A DNA stretch of 64,000 bases from a virus. Its lineage: Duplodnaviria; Caudoviricetes. The stretch is taken from positions 15,082-79,081 of the IMG/VR virus record IMGVR_UViG_3300031994_000067. One strand, written 5' to 3'. The notes beneath the pieces were generated by a model that worked only from the letters and a program-made list of their open reading frames with translations, did no database searches and was not told where the DNA came from. Position 1 is the stretch's first letter. Each line of letters begins with the position of its first letter. Made by a program: the position numbers and the translations under genes. Shown in pieces: positions 38,769 to 48,500 of the stretch.

Positions 38769-39428
38769 TCATTTATTACGTTGACGACGAATGATTCTAT
38801 CCGAATTCTGATTTCCGCCCGTAACATTAAGGTCGAAGAAAAGTTTCTCATATTCGCTCGGTGGAATTACTAATTTTCCTTCTGGAGATACAACGTCCTT
38901 GATTAATAAAGTCGGATTATAACCCAACAAGGCACACAAAATTTCTTCATCTGTATAACCGATATTCCAAATACGAATTCGTAACGCCCGAGTGAAATCA
39001 TTGAGAGTTTTCATTTCAGTAGTCTCTAAGACTTCATTATTGAATGCTCGTAATGAGAAATGAGACCAATTACGAGCTTCGAAAAATGCCGTATGCTTTC
39101 GGTTAATCTGCACAGTATTTGGTCTAAGGAATTCAAATATAGCTCTGAAACTATATCCTCTCTCCGGATCCGGAGCACCGAAAACTTTCACCGGTTTAAA
39201 CCCCATATCAGATATGAACTTAACATACTCGACGATAATTTCACGTCTCTTAGTTTCGTCAAAAATCTCATAATCTGATTGGTTAATACTGCGTATTGCA
39301 AGTTGTCTGTCCTCTCGCCTCAACTGTTCCATTTCTTCTCTAGTTCTGGGACGTTGTTGCGGTATAGGTCTATTATCAGCCAAACTCTCCACCTCCACAC
39401 CTTTCATTGAAATATTCTCTGCAATCAA
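38769..39428 (-). CDS. Hypothetical protein
   Basis: 219-aa ORF in an operon. Confidence 0.6.
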   Translation of the reverse strand: MIAENISMKGVEVESLADNRPIPQQRPRTREEMEQLRREDRQLAIRSINQSDYEIFDETKRREIIVEYVKFISDMGFKPVKVFGAPDPERGYSFRAIFEFLRPNTVQINRKHTAFFEARNWSHFSLRAFNNEVLETTEMKTLNDFTRALRIRIWNIGYTDEEILCALLGYNPTLLIKDVVSPEGKLVIPPSEYEKLFFDLNVTGGNQNSDRIIRRQRNK

Positions 39429-40035
39429 ACAATCCGACTCGATTAGCTATAAACCAATGGTTCAAAGCCGTATCGATGTTTTCATATATTTCATCAGAGC
39501 TCTTAAACCCAAACTTTGATTCGTCTACACTATCCGGGAACTCAGTAAGTATCTTATATAACGCCTTTAATCTCTTGACGGTCTTTTTTACATATGGAGT
39601 ATTACAAAAGCGTTCGAGATTCTCTATGGCATACTGCAAATCATCAAATTCTGTTCCATTCGAATCACACAGGAGTTCATCAAGATAGTCAATTTCAGAA
39701 TCAGAAAATGCGAAGTATTTCTTCTTTATCGGAGACCATGTCTTGTTTATTTCCGTTAATGTCGTGCAATGAGTCCGCAATACTTCAAAGAATTCATCAG
39801 TTACCTCAACCGAATACACATAATATTCGGAAGAATATTTAAATTGCTTTGCATATAATTCGGCAGTATCTTCATCGTCACAGTATCCGAGATAGTACAC
39901 GCCTTTGTATAACGAATCCTCATAGAAAGAATTCATATACGGACATTTCGTGACTAGTACTAACAAAATCCAATCACCACCTTTAGTATTAAGTACGCCC
40001 AATAAAGGAAAATCACGGACTACCCGAACGAACAA
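39376..40035 (-). CDS. Hypothetical protein
   Basis: 219-aa ORF; true start is probably internal. Confidence 0.55.
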   Translation of the reverse strand: MFVRVVRDFPLLGVLNTKGGDWILLVLVTKCPYMNSFYEDSLYKGVYYLGYCDDEDTAELYAKQFKYSSEYYVYSVEVTDEFFEVLRTHCTTLTEINKTWSPIKKKYFAFSDSEIDYLDELLCDSNGTEFDDLQYAIENLERFCNTPYVKKTVKRLKALYKILTEFPDSVDESKFGFKSSDEIYENIDTALNHWFIANRVGLFDCREYFNERCGGGEFG

Positions 40036-40057
40036 AGTCCAGGTAGTCCATTTAGTT

Positions 40058-40666
40058 TCAGTCTAAGTAATGTTTGCGTATATCGTCAAGTTTCGGTAAG
40101 ATGTCTTCGCAACAATTCTGTCTGGCAAATTCGGCAATCTTTCTATACTCTCTGTCGATATTTGATTGAGCCGTCTCTTTGGAACAGTTATTAACAATGA
40201 CATTGCGATATGAGAACAGCACAGTTCCGAGAAAATCGTGTAAGAGTTCCACAATTCGTATAACTTCGTGTTCACAGTGATCCCAGTTAGCAGTTTCATC
40301 AAACGGATAAAATGCGACGTGACTTTCAGCCATTTTCTCGAGAACGTCTTCCGCGAATTCCAGCTTAAAAGCCTCAAACAAATCATTGCCGTTAAGATAG
40401 GTAATCAATTTCGCACAGCGTTCTTTCTCATAACCGTTTTCTCTAAGAACGATATAGAGAGTTGACAGATTATAGATTCTATCATTTCTACTGAAATCTC
40501 CGATGAAGTCATACATGTGACGTGCAACCAACTCTTTGACATTAAAATCCTCGGCATGAAGCCGTTGATAAATGTTAAACACGGCATCGTTTATATCGAG
40601 CTGGTCAATCCGAGTTTTTTCTGCTTGTAACACATTAGCAAGTTCTTCAGTGTCCATCTTTATCAC
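40058..40666 (-). CDS. Hypothetical protein
   Basis: 202-aa ORF coupled to nrdG, with GGAGAG RBS. Confidence 0.6.
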   Translation of the reverse strand: MIKMDTEELANVLQAEKTRIDQLDINDAVFNIYQRLHAEDFNVKELVARHMYDFIGDFSRNDRIYNLSTLYIVLRENGYEKERCAKLITYLNGNDLFEAFKLEFAEDVLEKMAESHVAFYPFDETANWDHCEHEVIRIVELLHDFLGTVLFSYRNVIVNNCSKETAQSNIDREYRKIAEFARQNCCEDILPKLDDIRKHYLD

Positions 40667-41129
40667 TCTCCTTTCTTAAATCGATAATACGTTGATTAGA
40701 CGAACCTCTCCATTGAAGATTTAAGTCTCGCAATTCTAATATAAATGGTCCATCAACCAACACATCAATTTCTTTCAGAAGATTGTTAATAGCTGGGTCT
40801 TTCTTCGCTCGCAATTCTTCAAGAGTATATCCGGTATAACACCACACGGTTCCACCGAGCTTATGAACCCTGCGTGCTAAAATTAACATCGCTTTGGGCT
40901 GCTCCATCGGTTCACCGCCAGTAAGCGTTATACCGGACAACAACGGATTGCTGCGATACTCATGAAGTATAAAGTCTGTACCGGTAACAAAACCACCAGA
41001 CGCGTCCCATGTATGTTGATTGTGACATCCTTTGCAGTGATGAGAACATCCCTGCACAAACACGGCCAATCGGATCCCAGGTCCATCAACAAAACTCTCC
41101 TGAACTATACCGGCACAGCGAAAATTCAT
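40647..41129 (-). CDS. nrdG: Anaerobic ribonucleotide reductase activating enzyme (radical SAM)
   Basis: [17 protein letters not shown] (CxxxCxxC), [17 protein letters not shown]. Confidence 0.95.
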   Translation of the reverse strand: MNFRCAGIVQESFVDGPGIRLAVFVQGCSHHCKGCHNQHTWDASGGFVTGTDFILHEYRSNPLLSGITLTGGEPMEQPKAMLILARRVHKLGGTVWCYTGYTLEELRAKKDPAINNLLKEIDVLVDGPFILELRDLNLQWRGSSNQRIIDLRKESDKDGH

Positions 41130-41845
41130 ATGAATTTCTCAGTCCTTTCAGGATTGTACCTATCCATGACAAATTTACGTTTGCCACAGTGCATTTTACC
41201 TTCCGGGCAGAATCCGCGATTGTTATAACAGTTCGGACCTACTCTGTTGAAAATAGACGGAAGAACTTCACGACACTTCTGAAGCATATGGTCAGCCAAT
41301 TCATGTATCTCATTCTGTGCACGATTGCAACACCGTAGCCCAAAAATATGGATAAGATTTCTGGCGTTGGTTGTCATGATAAGCTGACTCGTTGTGGCAT
41401 TCGGTAACAGATATCGAGCATCCTCTTTCGGAATATTGAACTCATCGATGAGACGCTTATAACACGCGGCGATTGTATCGAGAGCATATTCGAAAGTCAT
41501 CTTAGCTTCGGTATTGTCTCGGATCGATTCTGGAGCAACATAGTTGTTCAAAAGATCGTCCACCTCTACATATCGCTGACTACGCTGATGGAAAGTGCAA
41601 AGTCTGTGACGAACAAGCTGATGAGTAAGCGCACGAGACACGTCTTCAATCAAGAAAGTGAACGAAATGTGTTCAAGAATGGAATCGTGATGATTATCCA
41701 TTGCAACCTTAATCATTTTATCGATCGTTTCCTGATTAATTTTCTCGAGCATATCGCTGGCTTTATCCGATGTATAACATACTCTAGCCGCAGCAGCGAT
41801 AAGCTCTTCCGCATTTTCAGTATGACGGATCAATTCGACTTTCAT
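41126..41845 (-). CDS. thyX: Flavin-dependent thymidylate synthase
   Basis: [22 protein letters not shown] and ARYLLPNA motifs. Confidence 0.95.
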   Translation of the reverse strand: MKVELIRHTENAEELIAAAARVCYTSDKASDMLEKINQETIDKMIKVAMDNHHDSILEHISFTFLIEDVSRALTHQLVRHRLCTFHQRSQRYVEVDDLLNNYVAPESIRDNTEAKMTFEYALDTIAACYKRLIDEFNIPKEDARYLLPNATTSQLIMTTNARNLIHIFGLRCCNRAQNEIHELADHMLQKCREVLPSIFNRVGPNCYNNRGFCPEGKMHCGKRKFVMDRYNPERTEKFI

Positions 41846-42873
41846 TCTTCATCATCCTCATCGGCTTCATCTTCGATGTACTCGGCAAAACAACTCGGTT
41901 CTATTTCGTTAAACACTGCGACTTTGTAAAGCTCGATGATTGCATCTGCAATACTGTCGTTATTATAACCGAAAGCTGAAACCGGCAAAAGAACAACACC
42001 GTTGTTGGAATGAAAATCGTAGTTTCTCGGAGTTAAGAACTCGCAAGCGCGATGGATGGCGTCCTTGTGTTCGAGGATATCGTCACCTTCGTGTTTAGTT
42101 TCTTTGCGTTTTTCAAGACGTTCAAGAATGTGATGTTCATCCAGAAGAAGCAAGAAATTATAAGGAAACGGAACGCCATTATCCATTTCATACTTATAAA
42201 TTCGCTCGTATTCATCGCGCATTTTGTTGTTGATAAACCGCTCTTTAAAATCACCAAACGGTTCATCATCATAACTCGGGTACATTCTCCACCAAATCTG
42301 TGTCAATTCATCACCGGCGCAATAATCATAAAAAGCATACAGCGCAGAGACATGGTGAATGATATTGCTGTAAGAGAAACGGTCAAACACATAAACCGTG
42401 TCAGGCTCAAGCTCTGCGGTTCTGAAATACTCAATCCGGTTTAACGCGTAGAGACTCATGACGAAACGGATGTCTTTAACAAGGCGTTCGAGACGACCCA
42501 TTGCGATAGAGACCCAATCAATCGCTGTTTCACCAGGAACCGAACTGAGAAATCTCGCATAATTCCCGTATTGACCGTTGAGATACGCTTTAATCATAGT
42601 GCCGGACGGAAGGTCGTATTGAGGGAAATCGACGCGTTTAACTTTGATACCGTCAACTCCCAAACCTTTCTTCTCAATGAGTTGAGTGATCGAACCCTTC
42701 CCCGTGCAATCAACGCCTTCAACCGCCAAGAAGCGATTATTATCATTGAACATGTCCTTTGTCAGAATAATGTCCGTCTCAGTATCCGGCTCATCATCCA
42801 AGGAATAGTGTCCGGGTTTCAACCAATTAACTTCACCTCTCCGGATTTTTTTGTTAGCGACTTGTAAAGCCAT
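41842..42873 (-). CDS. tmk: Thymidylate (dTMP) kinase
   Basis: AVEGVDCTGK P-loop, FPQY and DRFSYS motifs; adjacent to thyX. Confidence 0.85.
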   Translation of the reverse strand: MALQVANKKIRRGEVNWLKPGHYSLDDEPDTETDIILTKDMFNDNNRFLAVEGVDCTGKGSITQLIEKKGLGVDGIKVKRVDFPQYDLPSGTMIKAYLNGQYGNYARFLSSVPGETAIDWVSIAMGRLERLVKDIRFVMSLYALNRIEYFRTAELEPDTVYVFDRFSYSNIIHHVSALYAFYDYCAGDELTQIWWRMYPSYDDEPFGDFKERFINNKMRDEYERIYKYEMDNGVPFPYNFLLLLDEHHILERLEKRKETKHEGDDILEHKDAIHRACEFLTPRNYDFHSNNGVVLLPVSAFGYNNDSIADAIIELYKVAVFNEIEPSCFAEYIEDEADEDDEE

Positions 42874-42886
42874 TTAAGATTCCTCC

Positions 42887-43408
42887 TTAATTATCCTTAG
42901 CGCATTGAGCATAAAACAGGCGATAAAGTTCTCTCTCCTCATAGATAGCTTCAATGCGAGTTGTGGCGATGGATTCTGCAATGCGTCTTTCCGCCTCTTC
43001 ACCAACAAAAGTGCCTTTATACTTCTCGACAATCTTAAGAGCTTTCTTCAGACGTTTTTGTTCTTTTTCGTCTTCAGAAATTTCTGCGAGAGTTTTCAAA
43101 CACTCAATAGTATCAACGAACATTCTTTCATACCTCTCTTTCTCATAATCGAGTTGTTGAAGTTCCTCCGGTGTAAACAAATAACCGGTACGATGTTCGC
43201 ACAAACGAAAATCTTCATACAGACCCATCATATTCTTACGACACCGTTCGACTCGAAATAAATTGCAAAATTTCCACGTCTTCTTTTGAGCTAAATAAAG
43301 AGTGATGTCTTTACGTTTCGGTGAAACGCAAATGACATCGTCTTTATAGTACAGAATAAAGAAGACTTTCTTTCCTGTAAGACAATCCTCCATTGCGATA
43401 CACCTCAC
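42887..43408 (-). CDS. Early-type hypothetical protein
   Basis: 173-aa ORF with GAGG RBS and TATATATTAT at 43436-43445. Confidence 0.65.
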   Translation of the reverse strand: MRCIAMEDCLTGKKVFFILYYKDDVICVSPKRKDITLYLAQKKTWKFCNLFRVERCRKNMMGLYEDFRLCEHRTGYLFTPEELQQLDYEKERYERMFVDTIECLKTLAEISEDEKEQKRLKKALKIVEKYKGTFVGEEAERRIAESIATTRIEAIYEERELYRLFYAQCAKDN

Positions 43409-43469
43409 AAAATCTTCAGATTAGCATTCTGTGCTATAATATATAGACAAAAAACGAGTTAAAGGGGTG

Positions 43470-44470
43470 CGTTAGAAACTCAAAGAAGGTTTTCAATTAA
43501 GTTTCTAACTGCTACCCAAATGACCAAACCCTTGGCTGTCCGACTCCCTTGATTCGCGGAGGCTAACAATTCGAAAATTGCGCCGAACTATCTCAGATAT
43601 ACAAGTCCAATGCACTACATTGAACGAGTCAATACGGACGATTGCTGCCCGGATATGCTGGAATGCGTCTATATACCACTAGGCTCTCAGCGTTCCCCCA
43701 GCGATCAAATCTGGGTTAGGAGCCACAAACGTGCTTTGATGGAATAGACTTCACGGATACTTTTTTGCGTAAGCGAATTCATCATATGAACCCTCTGACC
43801 ATAGCGCGGTCCTGTCGTGTTCAAAGAACGCCAATTATGTTTGTATATCGTCTGGCGGGATTCCACGGAAGCTATCTGTCTGTCATTACAACAGGTTTAA
43901 GTCAGACCTCTTGGATAGGGCGGTACTCGGAATTATCACAACCCAATCGGCCACGCTACTCTACTGACACCGTTTCCATACTGAAGTTCGTTAGAATCAA
44001 TAATAAGAAAAATTCTTTAAACCAGTCGTGGGTGAAATTTTCACGCCTCCTCAACAAGTTGCGGCGAAATACCGACTTCAATCGCAAACCTTTAAACCTC
44101 CTCCATCTATAATAGAATTTCTCAGAGGAAAAAGTTCCTGTCTAAACCACTACATGACATTTTAAAACGTCCTGCGCGGTATATATGTCCATAGGTAATC
44201 TAGGAAAACGCCACCCTCACCCGTCACGTATTTTCCGACCGTATCCCTCTACCGGCTTCTTCTGAGCACTCAAGTTCTTTGCCGTTATTCCGCTGGTTAA
44301 TCAATGACTAGGCAGGGACTGTTATTAACCTTACACATAGTGTAAGTAAGTGAATGCCCAATCTGGAATAAACCAGATTTCTGATATATAGGTATAATTC
44401 CTCCGCAATCTCAATCATGTAACCTGACGCGAAGCGGGGTGTTTTAGCGTTAGCCATCAACCACATATAG
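43470..44470 (-). ncRNA. Candidate large structured non-coding RNA (~1 kb), family unassigned
   Basis: No credible ORF. Multiple hairpins, e.g. AATCTGG-N6-CCAGATT and CTTACAC-N3-GTGTAAG. Preceded by an upstream terminator and CACA-N6-TA (44477-44488), and closed by an inverted repeat at 43471-43509. Strand inferred from these signals. Confidence 0.5.
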
Positions 44471-44562
44471 TCGTGTTAATAGGTTGTGTTTCAAAATCGA
44501 AGAAAAAAAACGCGCCGTATATTTTGATAACGACGCTGATGAGGCAATGCCTCCTCTCTTAA

Positions 44563-44802
44563 TCAATATGCGCGACGATGTGTGTGACGACGTGTGCGAT
44601 TTGCGTAGCGATGTGCGCAGTATGCAACCACGCACTCCACCAGCACTCTCTGAGAGAGCGCGTTCGCCACATCTTCAAATACGACTTCTCCGCTTTTGTC
44701 GAGACCGACAACGACCGGTCGGCCATCGACACCGTATGATATGTCAGCGACAATTTCGTTGTCGCCGACAACGACGAGATATTCGTCTTCAAACTTCATC
44801 AT
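44563..44802 (-). CDS. Small early-type hypothetical protein
   Basis: MMKFEDEYLVVVG...; follows copy 1 of the 90-bp promoter/RBS repeat and is followed by a hairpin plus T-tract. Confidence 0.6.
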   Translation of the reverse strand: MMKFEDEYLVVVGDNEIVADISYGVDGRPVVVGLDKSGEVVFEDVANALSQRVLVECVVAYCAHRYANRTRRHTHRRAY

Positions 44803-44804
44803 TC

Positions 44805-44894
44805 TTATCTCCGTCCTTTCAAAACGGATCGTAGGTTTCTTCATATCAGTAGTGAGTAATCCTACTTAACTCTTCTACGCGGATATAATATATA
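44805..44894 (-). repeat. 90-bp direct repeat, copy 1 (early promoter + leader + RBS)
   Basis: Identical to 45355..45444; contains TATATATTAT and GGACGGAG. Confidence 0.92.
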
Positions 44895-45036
44895 AATATG
44901 GGAGAGGGTAATATCGGATTAAAAATCTCGTCCATACAATAAATTAGAGAAAAAAAGAACCCGCCCGTCAGACAACATGACGGTACCGGGCGCGAGATTG
45001 TTGCCGGTAGTTGCCCTAGGGCGGGGTGTGGGCATT

Positions 45037-45351
45037 TTAGTTGAATTTAACCCACCAGTCTGTCATTTCCACATCACCGGTCTTGGTATCGACACGGTAC
45101 GTGAAAATGACCTTGTTGTACTCGACGAACGGAGAACCATTGGGATAGCAGTCTGTTCCCTTACAGGTCACTCCGCTTGCGACCAACGTGGCAGTTCCGA
45201 CGCCGGGCTTGCCGTAATTGAGGCTGACGCTAATCACGGCATATGACATATCATCACAGCTGCTGCCGTAATGTATGTTTCCGTTCGTCGCGTCGAGTTC
45301 GATTTGCGCAGCAATAGTTTTCTTTGCGCGCTTAACGTTGAAGTGTGTCAT
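45037..45351 (-). CDS. Small early-type hypothetical protein
   Basis: 104-aa ORF lying between the two repeat copies. Confidence 0.65.
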   Translation of the reverse strand: MTHFNVKRAKKTIAAQIELDATNGNIHYGSSCDDMSYAVISVSLNYGKPGVGTATLVASGVTCKGTDCYPNGSPFVEYNKVIFTYRVDTKTGDVEMTDWWVKFN

Positions 45352-45354
45352 TAG

Positions 45355-45444
45355 TTATCTCCGTCCTTTCAAAACGGATCGTAGGTTTCTTCATATCAGT
45401 AGTGAGTAATCCTACTTAACTCTTCTACGCGGATATAATATATA
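45355..45444 (-). repeat. 90-bp direct repeat, copy 2
   Basis: Identical to 44805..44894. Confidence 0.92.
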
Positions 45445-45461
45445 CTTGAAAAGCAAAGCTA

Positions 45462-45494
45462 TAGCGGACTGAATCAATTTGATTCAGTCCGCTA
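45462..45494 (-). terminator. Terminator hairpin after the RNAP beta gene
   Basis: TAGCGGACTGAATC-AATTT-GATTCAGTCCGCTA immediately after stop 45504. Confidence 0.75.
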
Positions 45495-45503
45495 AATGCC
45501 GTT

Positions 45504-48500
45504 TTAATAGAGATCGTCTTTAGGTTTGAAGCTTGGATTATCTTTTTGATACATCTCAAGCCACCTACGTTTTAATTCGACGATAACTTTATTTCCGTAC
45601 ATTGTGCAAAAGATTGATGGGGTCATACGTGCTAACACACCCGCTGGTGCGAAAGTTGACGAAATTTCTTCATCAGGTCTATCTATTGAATATGGTTCTT
45701 GTCCTTTTGCGATGAGCTCCAGTAATCTTCGCATAGGTTCGCTAATCCTATGCCGTTCTATTATGAACTGCTACATGTCTCCATGTAAGCTGAGACTATA
45801 TCATCATCTCATAGAGATGTCTCCCATTTCACTCCGCTTGGAGCTACGCCTTTCGGCTAGTCGTTGAACGTTCTAAAAAATCTCGATTCCTTCATCAATA
45901 TAGACAGTATTTTGTACAATAGAAAGATTGGTGTCAACTATTTTCTTCCTGGTTCTATACAATTTTTTCGCAACTTTTTTAGGAACACCTTTTTCAATAA
46001 GAGTTTTAACAATCTTCTTCTTAGACGTTCCACAAATAATTGCTCTGTCTATAGAGTTGAAATAAGTTCTATAAACCACAAACGAATTCGCAAATTTCAA
46101 ATTCAAACCTTCAGTAAGATATTTATAAACACTTTTTGACTTAATTTTTGATATGGTATCATTAGATACACCGGTTAAATCAGAAATTTCGCTCCGCGTA
46201 TAATCACCAGTTTCTAACAATTCGATCACTTTCTTTATATTGGCGATCTTATATTTGTTATTATGGTGATCTTCACCTTTAGGGAGAGATATGAGATTAT
46301 TATCATATGCGTGCTGAATATTCTCAGATTTTGTACACCATTCAAGATTTTCTAATCGGTTATCTGTTTTAATACCATTTTTATGATTAACATCAGGAAA
46401 ATTTTCGGGATTTGGTACAAACGCTTCCATAATCAATCTGTGAACAAATTTATGCACAGTTTTACGTTTGATATACATACTGTATCTCAAATACCCATGT
46501 TTACTTAAAAACGGTTTAAGAAAATGACCAGTTTTTAAGTTTTGTAATCTCCCATCTCTGTATATCATATAATTCGTGAGTTTGGAATTGACGTATACAA
46601 CTTTTCGATCGTCACTATCCACAAATATCACTTCTCTCATCAAAAAATTAAGAATGTGTTTAGTGGTTAATAGAAATGAGTCTTTAGTTTCGCTGCGGAT
46701 TGTCTCTATTCTCACTCTTTTTACCATACCTGAGTAGTTAATTCAGCCGCGTAATACATTACTGCTTACGTTTGGTAAATGAGACCTAACGAGATGTTCC
46801 CGCAATTAAGGAGATTCTAATATGTAGTCACCTACATATAGGGTCAGTATAGGCCGTTTACATACTTCCAAATATCTTCGCATAGGTTCGCTAATCCTAT
46901 GCCGTTCTCTTATGAACTGCTCTACGTCTCCGCAGAAGTTGAGACTATATCATCATCCATATAGGATGTCCCCCATTTCGCTCCGCTTGGAGCTACTCGC
47001 TTTCGCGATAGTCGTTGAACGTTCCTTCTATAAGAAGGCTTCGCTGCTGATTATCTTTATCTTACCGATTTTTACACTTGGTACGATAAGCATATCAAGA
47101 CTTCCCAGCAATTAAAGGAATTTTATCAATGTTGATTTCTCAACAAAGCCACTATTTGTGTTAATGGCTGTAAAATGGACCAATTTATCCAATAACTTCA
47201 CATAGGTTCGCTAATCCTATGCCGCTACTTAGCTGCTGCATGTCACCATGCAGATGAGACTATATCTTCACCTCAGAGAGGTGTCTCCCATTTCGCTCCG
47301 CTTGGAGCTACTCGCTTTCGCGATAGTCGTTGAACCTTCCTATTACAGGCTTGGCTGCTGATTGTCTCATAATGAGAGTTTCCAGCAATTAGAGAGATTC
47401 ATATCCGTGATCACTCACGGATCGGGCAATAAATTTACCTACATCAAGATAGTCCTTGTATTTGATGAAAAATTTAATCAGAACGCCAAGATGAACTTTA
47501 ACACCCATGATCTTTCCATCTTCTCCACCGTCAACAACCACAGCCTTTTCACTGAATTCCAGACCGTTGACATCTCCACCACGTCTCTTAATCTCAGCTT
47601 CCTGTGCTCTAAGTCTGGCAAAATAAGCATCGACGATCTTCTTCAAAGACGGAGAAAGTTCTTTAGGTTCGACGGTTGTGTATATTCGTATATCTTCAAT
47701 CACTCCAGCATACTTGGATTTAACCGGAATTTTACCCATAAGCGTGATTTCTTCTTTCAACTCTTTACCAATGTTAGCCAACATCTTGTTGAATGAAGCG
47801 TCCTGAGATGAATTATCGTATATAATCAGTGGGTCATTTACATTTACCTGCTGACCTATTTTGACGATGTAATCAACATTCGAGTTCATTCCAACTATAG
47901 CTTCTGCTTCCATACATACTTCAGTTCCTAACTTCTTCGAAAGTTTATCCGTAACGAAATTACCATCTTCGAAGCTGGTATATGTAGCCATGCAAGCCAC
48001 TTTAGTAAGAGTTCCTATGTTGAATCGTACACCTTCAGCCGGAGAACTCGAAAAGTATCTTTCGTTATATGCAAGAACAGAATTTTTCTTAAAATAAGTT
48101 CCCGGTTTAAGTGCGTCTGTATTCATCTTACTGGGCAGGTAAAACCCACCTGCTCCATTTTTGACGACTTTTGAATTAGCGTTAATAACTTGACGTTTCA
48201 ATTTTCCTTGGAGATTCTTATATTCGATTACAATAACCCCGGTCTTATCGTCTCGTGAAATTACCTTACCATCATCTTTCGCTACTATACAGAAATCAGT
48301 AGAAAGATGATAAGGTAAAACTTTTTCAGCACCATTTGATATTAGTACCGGAGACGCATGTTCTACGGGGATGATGTGCTTGCTTTGTTTGACAGCCATT
48401 GAGACACGAATCTGATCATCCCGATTCAATCCTGGGGTAAGCATTTCAGCCATACTAAAAATATTAGAATCATCCAAATCTCGTTCATCCGAAGGTTTTA

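Noticed and set aside
43470-44470. rRNA, tRNA cluster, tmRNA or group I/II intron identity for the ORF-free region; ORF 43765..44112
   Set aside because: No tRNA T-arm or CCA patterns, rRNA signature sequences, group I core or group II domain V were recognised. The short ORF lacks an RBS and looks non-coding.
44977-45246. Plus-strand 89-aa ORF between the 90-bp repeats
   Set aside because: It is antisense to 45037..45351, which has the promoter and RBS support.
46869-46876. Alternative 3' splice site of intron C before TATTTG, suggested by a perfect CAAAUA:UAUUUG pairing
   Set aside because: It would break P9.0, end the intron in A and insert residues before the conserved Lys. The site after the terminal G, giving TAMKYV, fits better.
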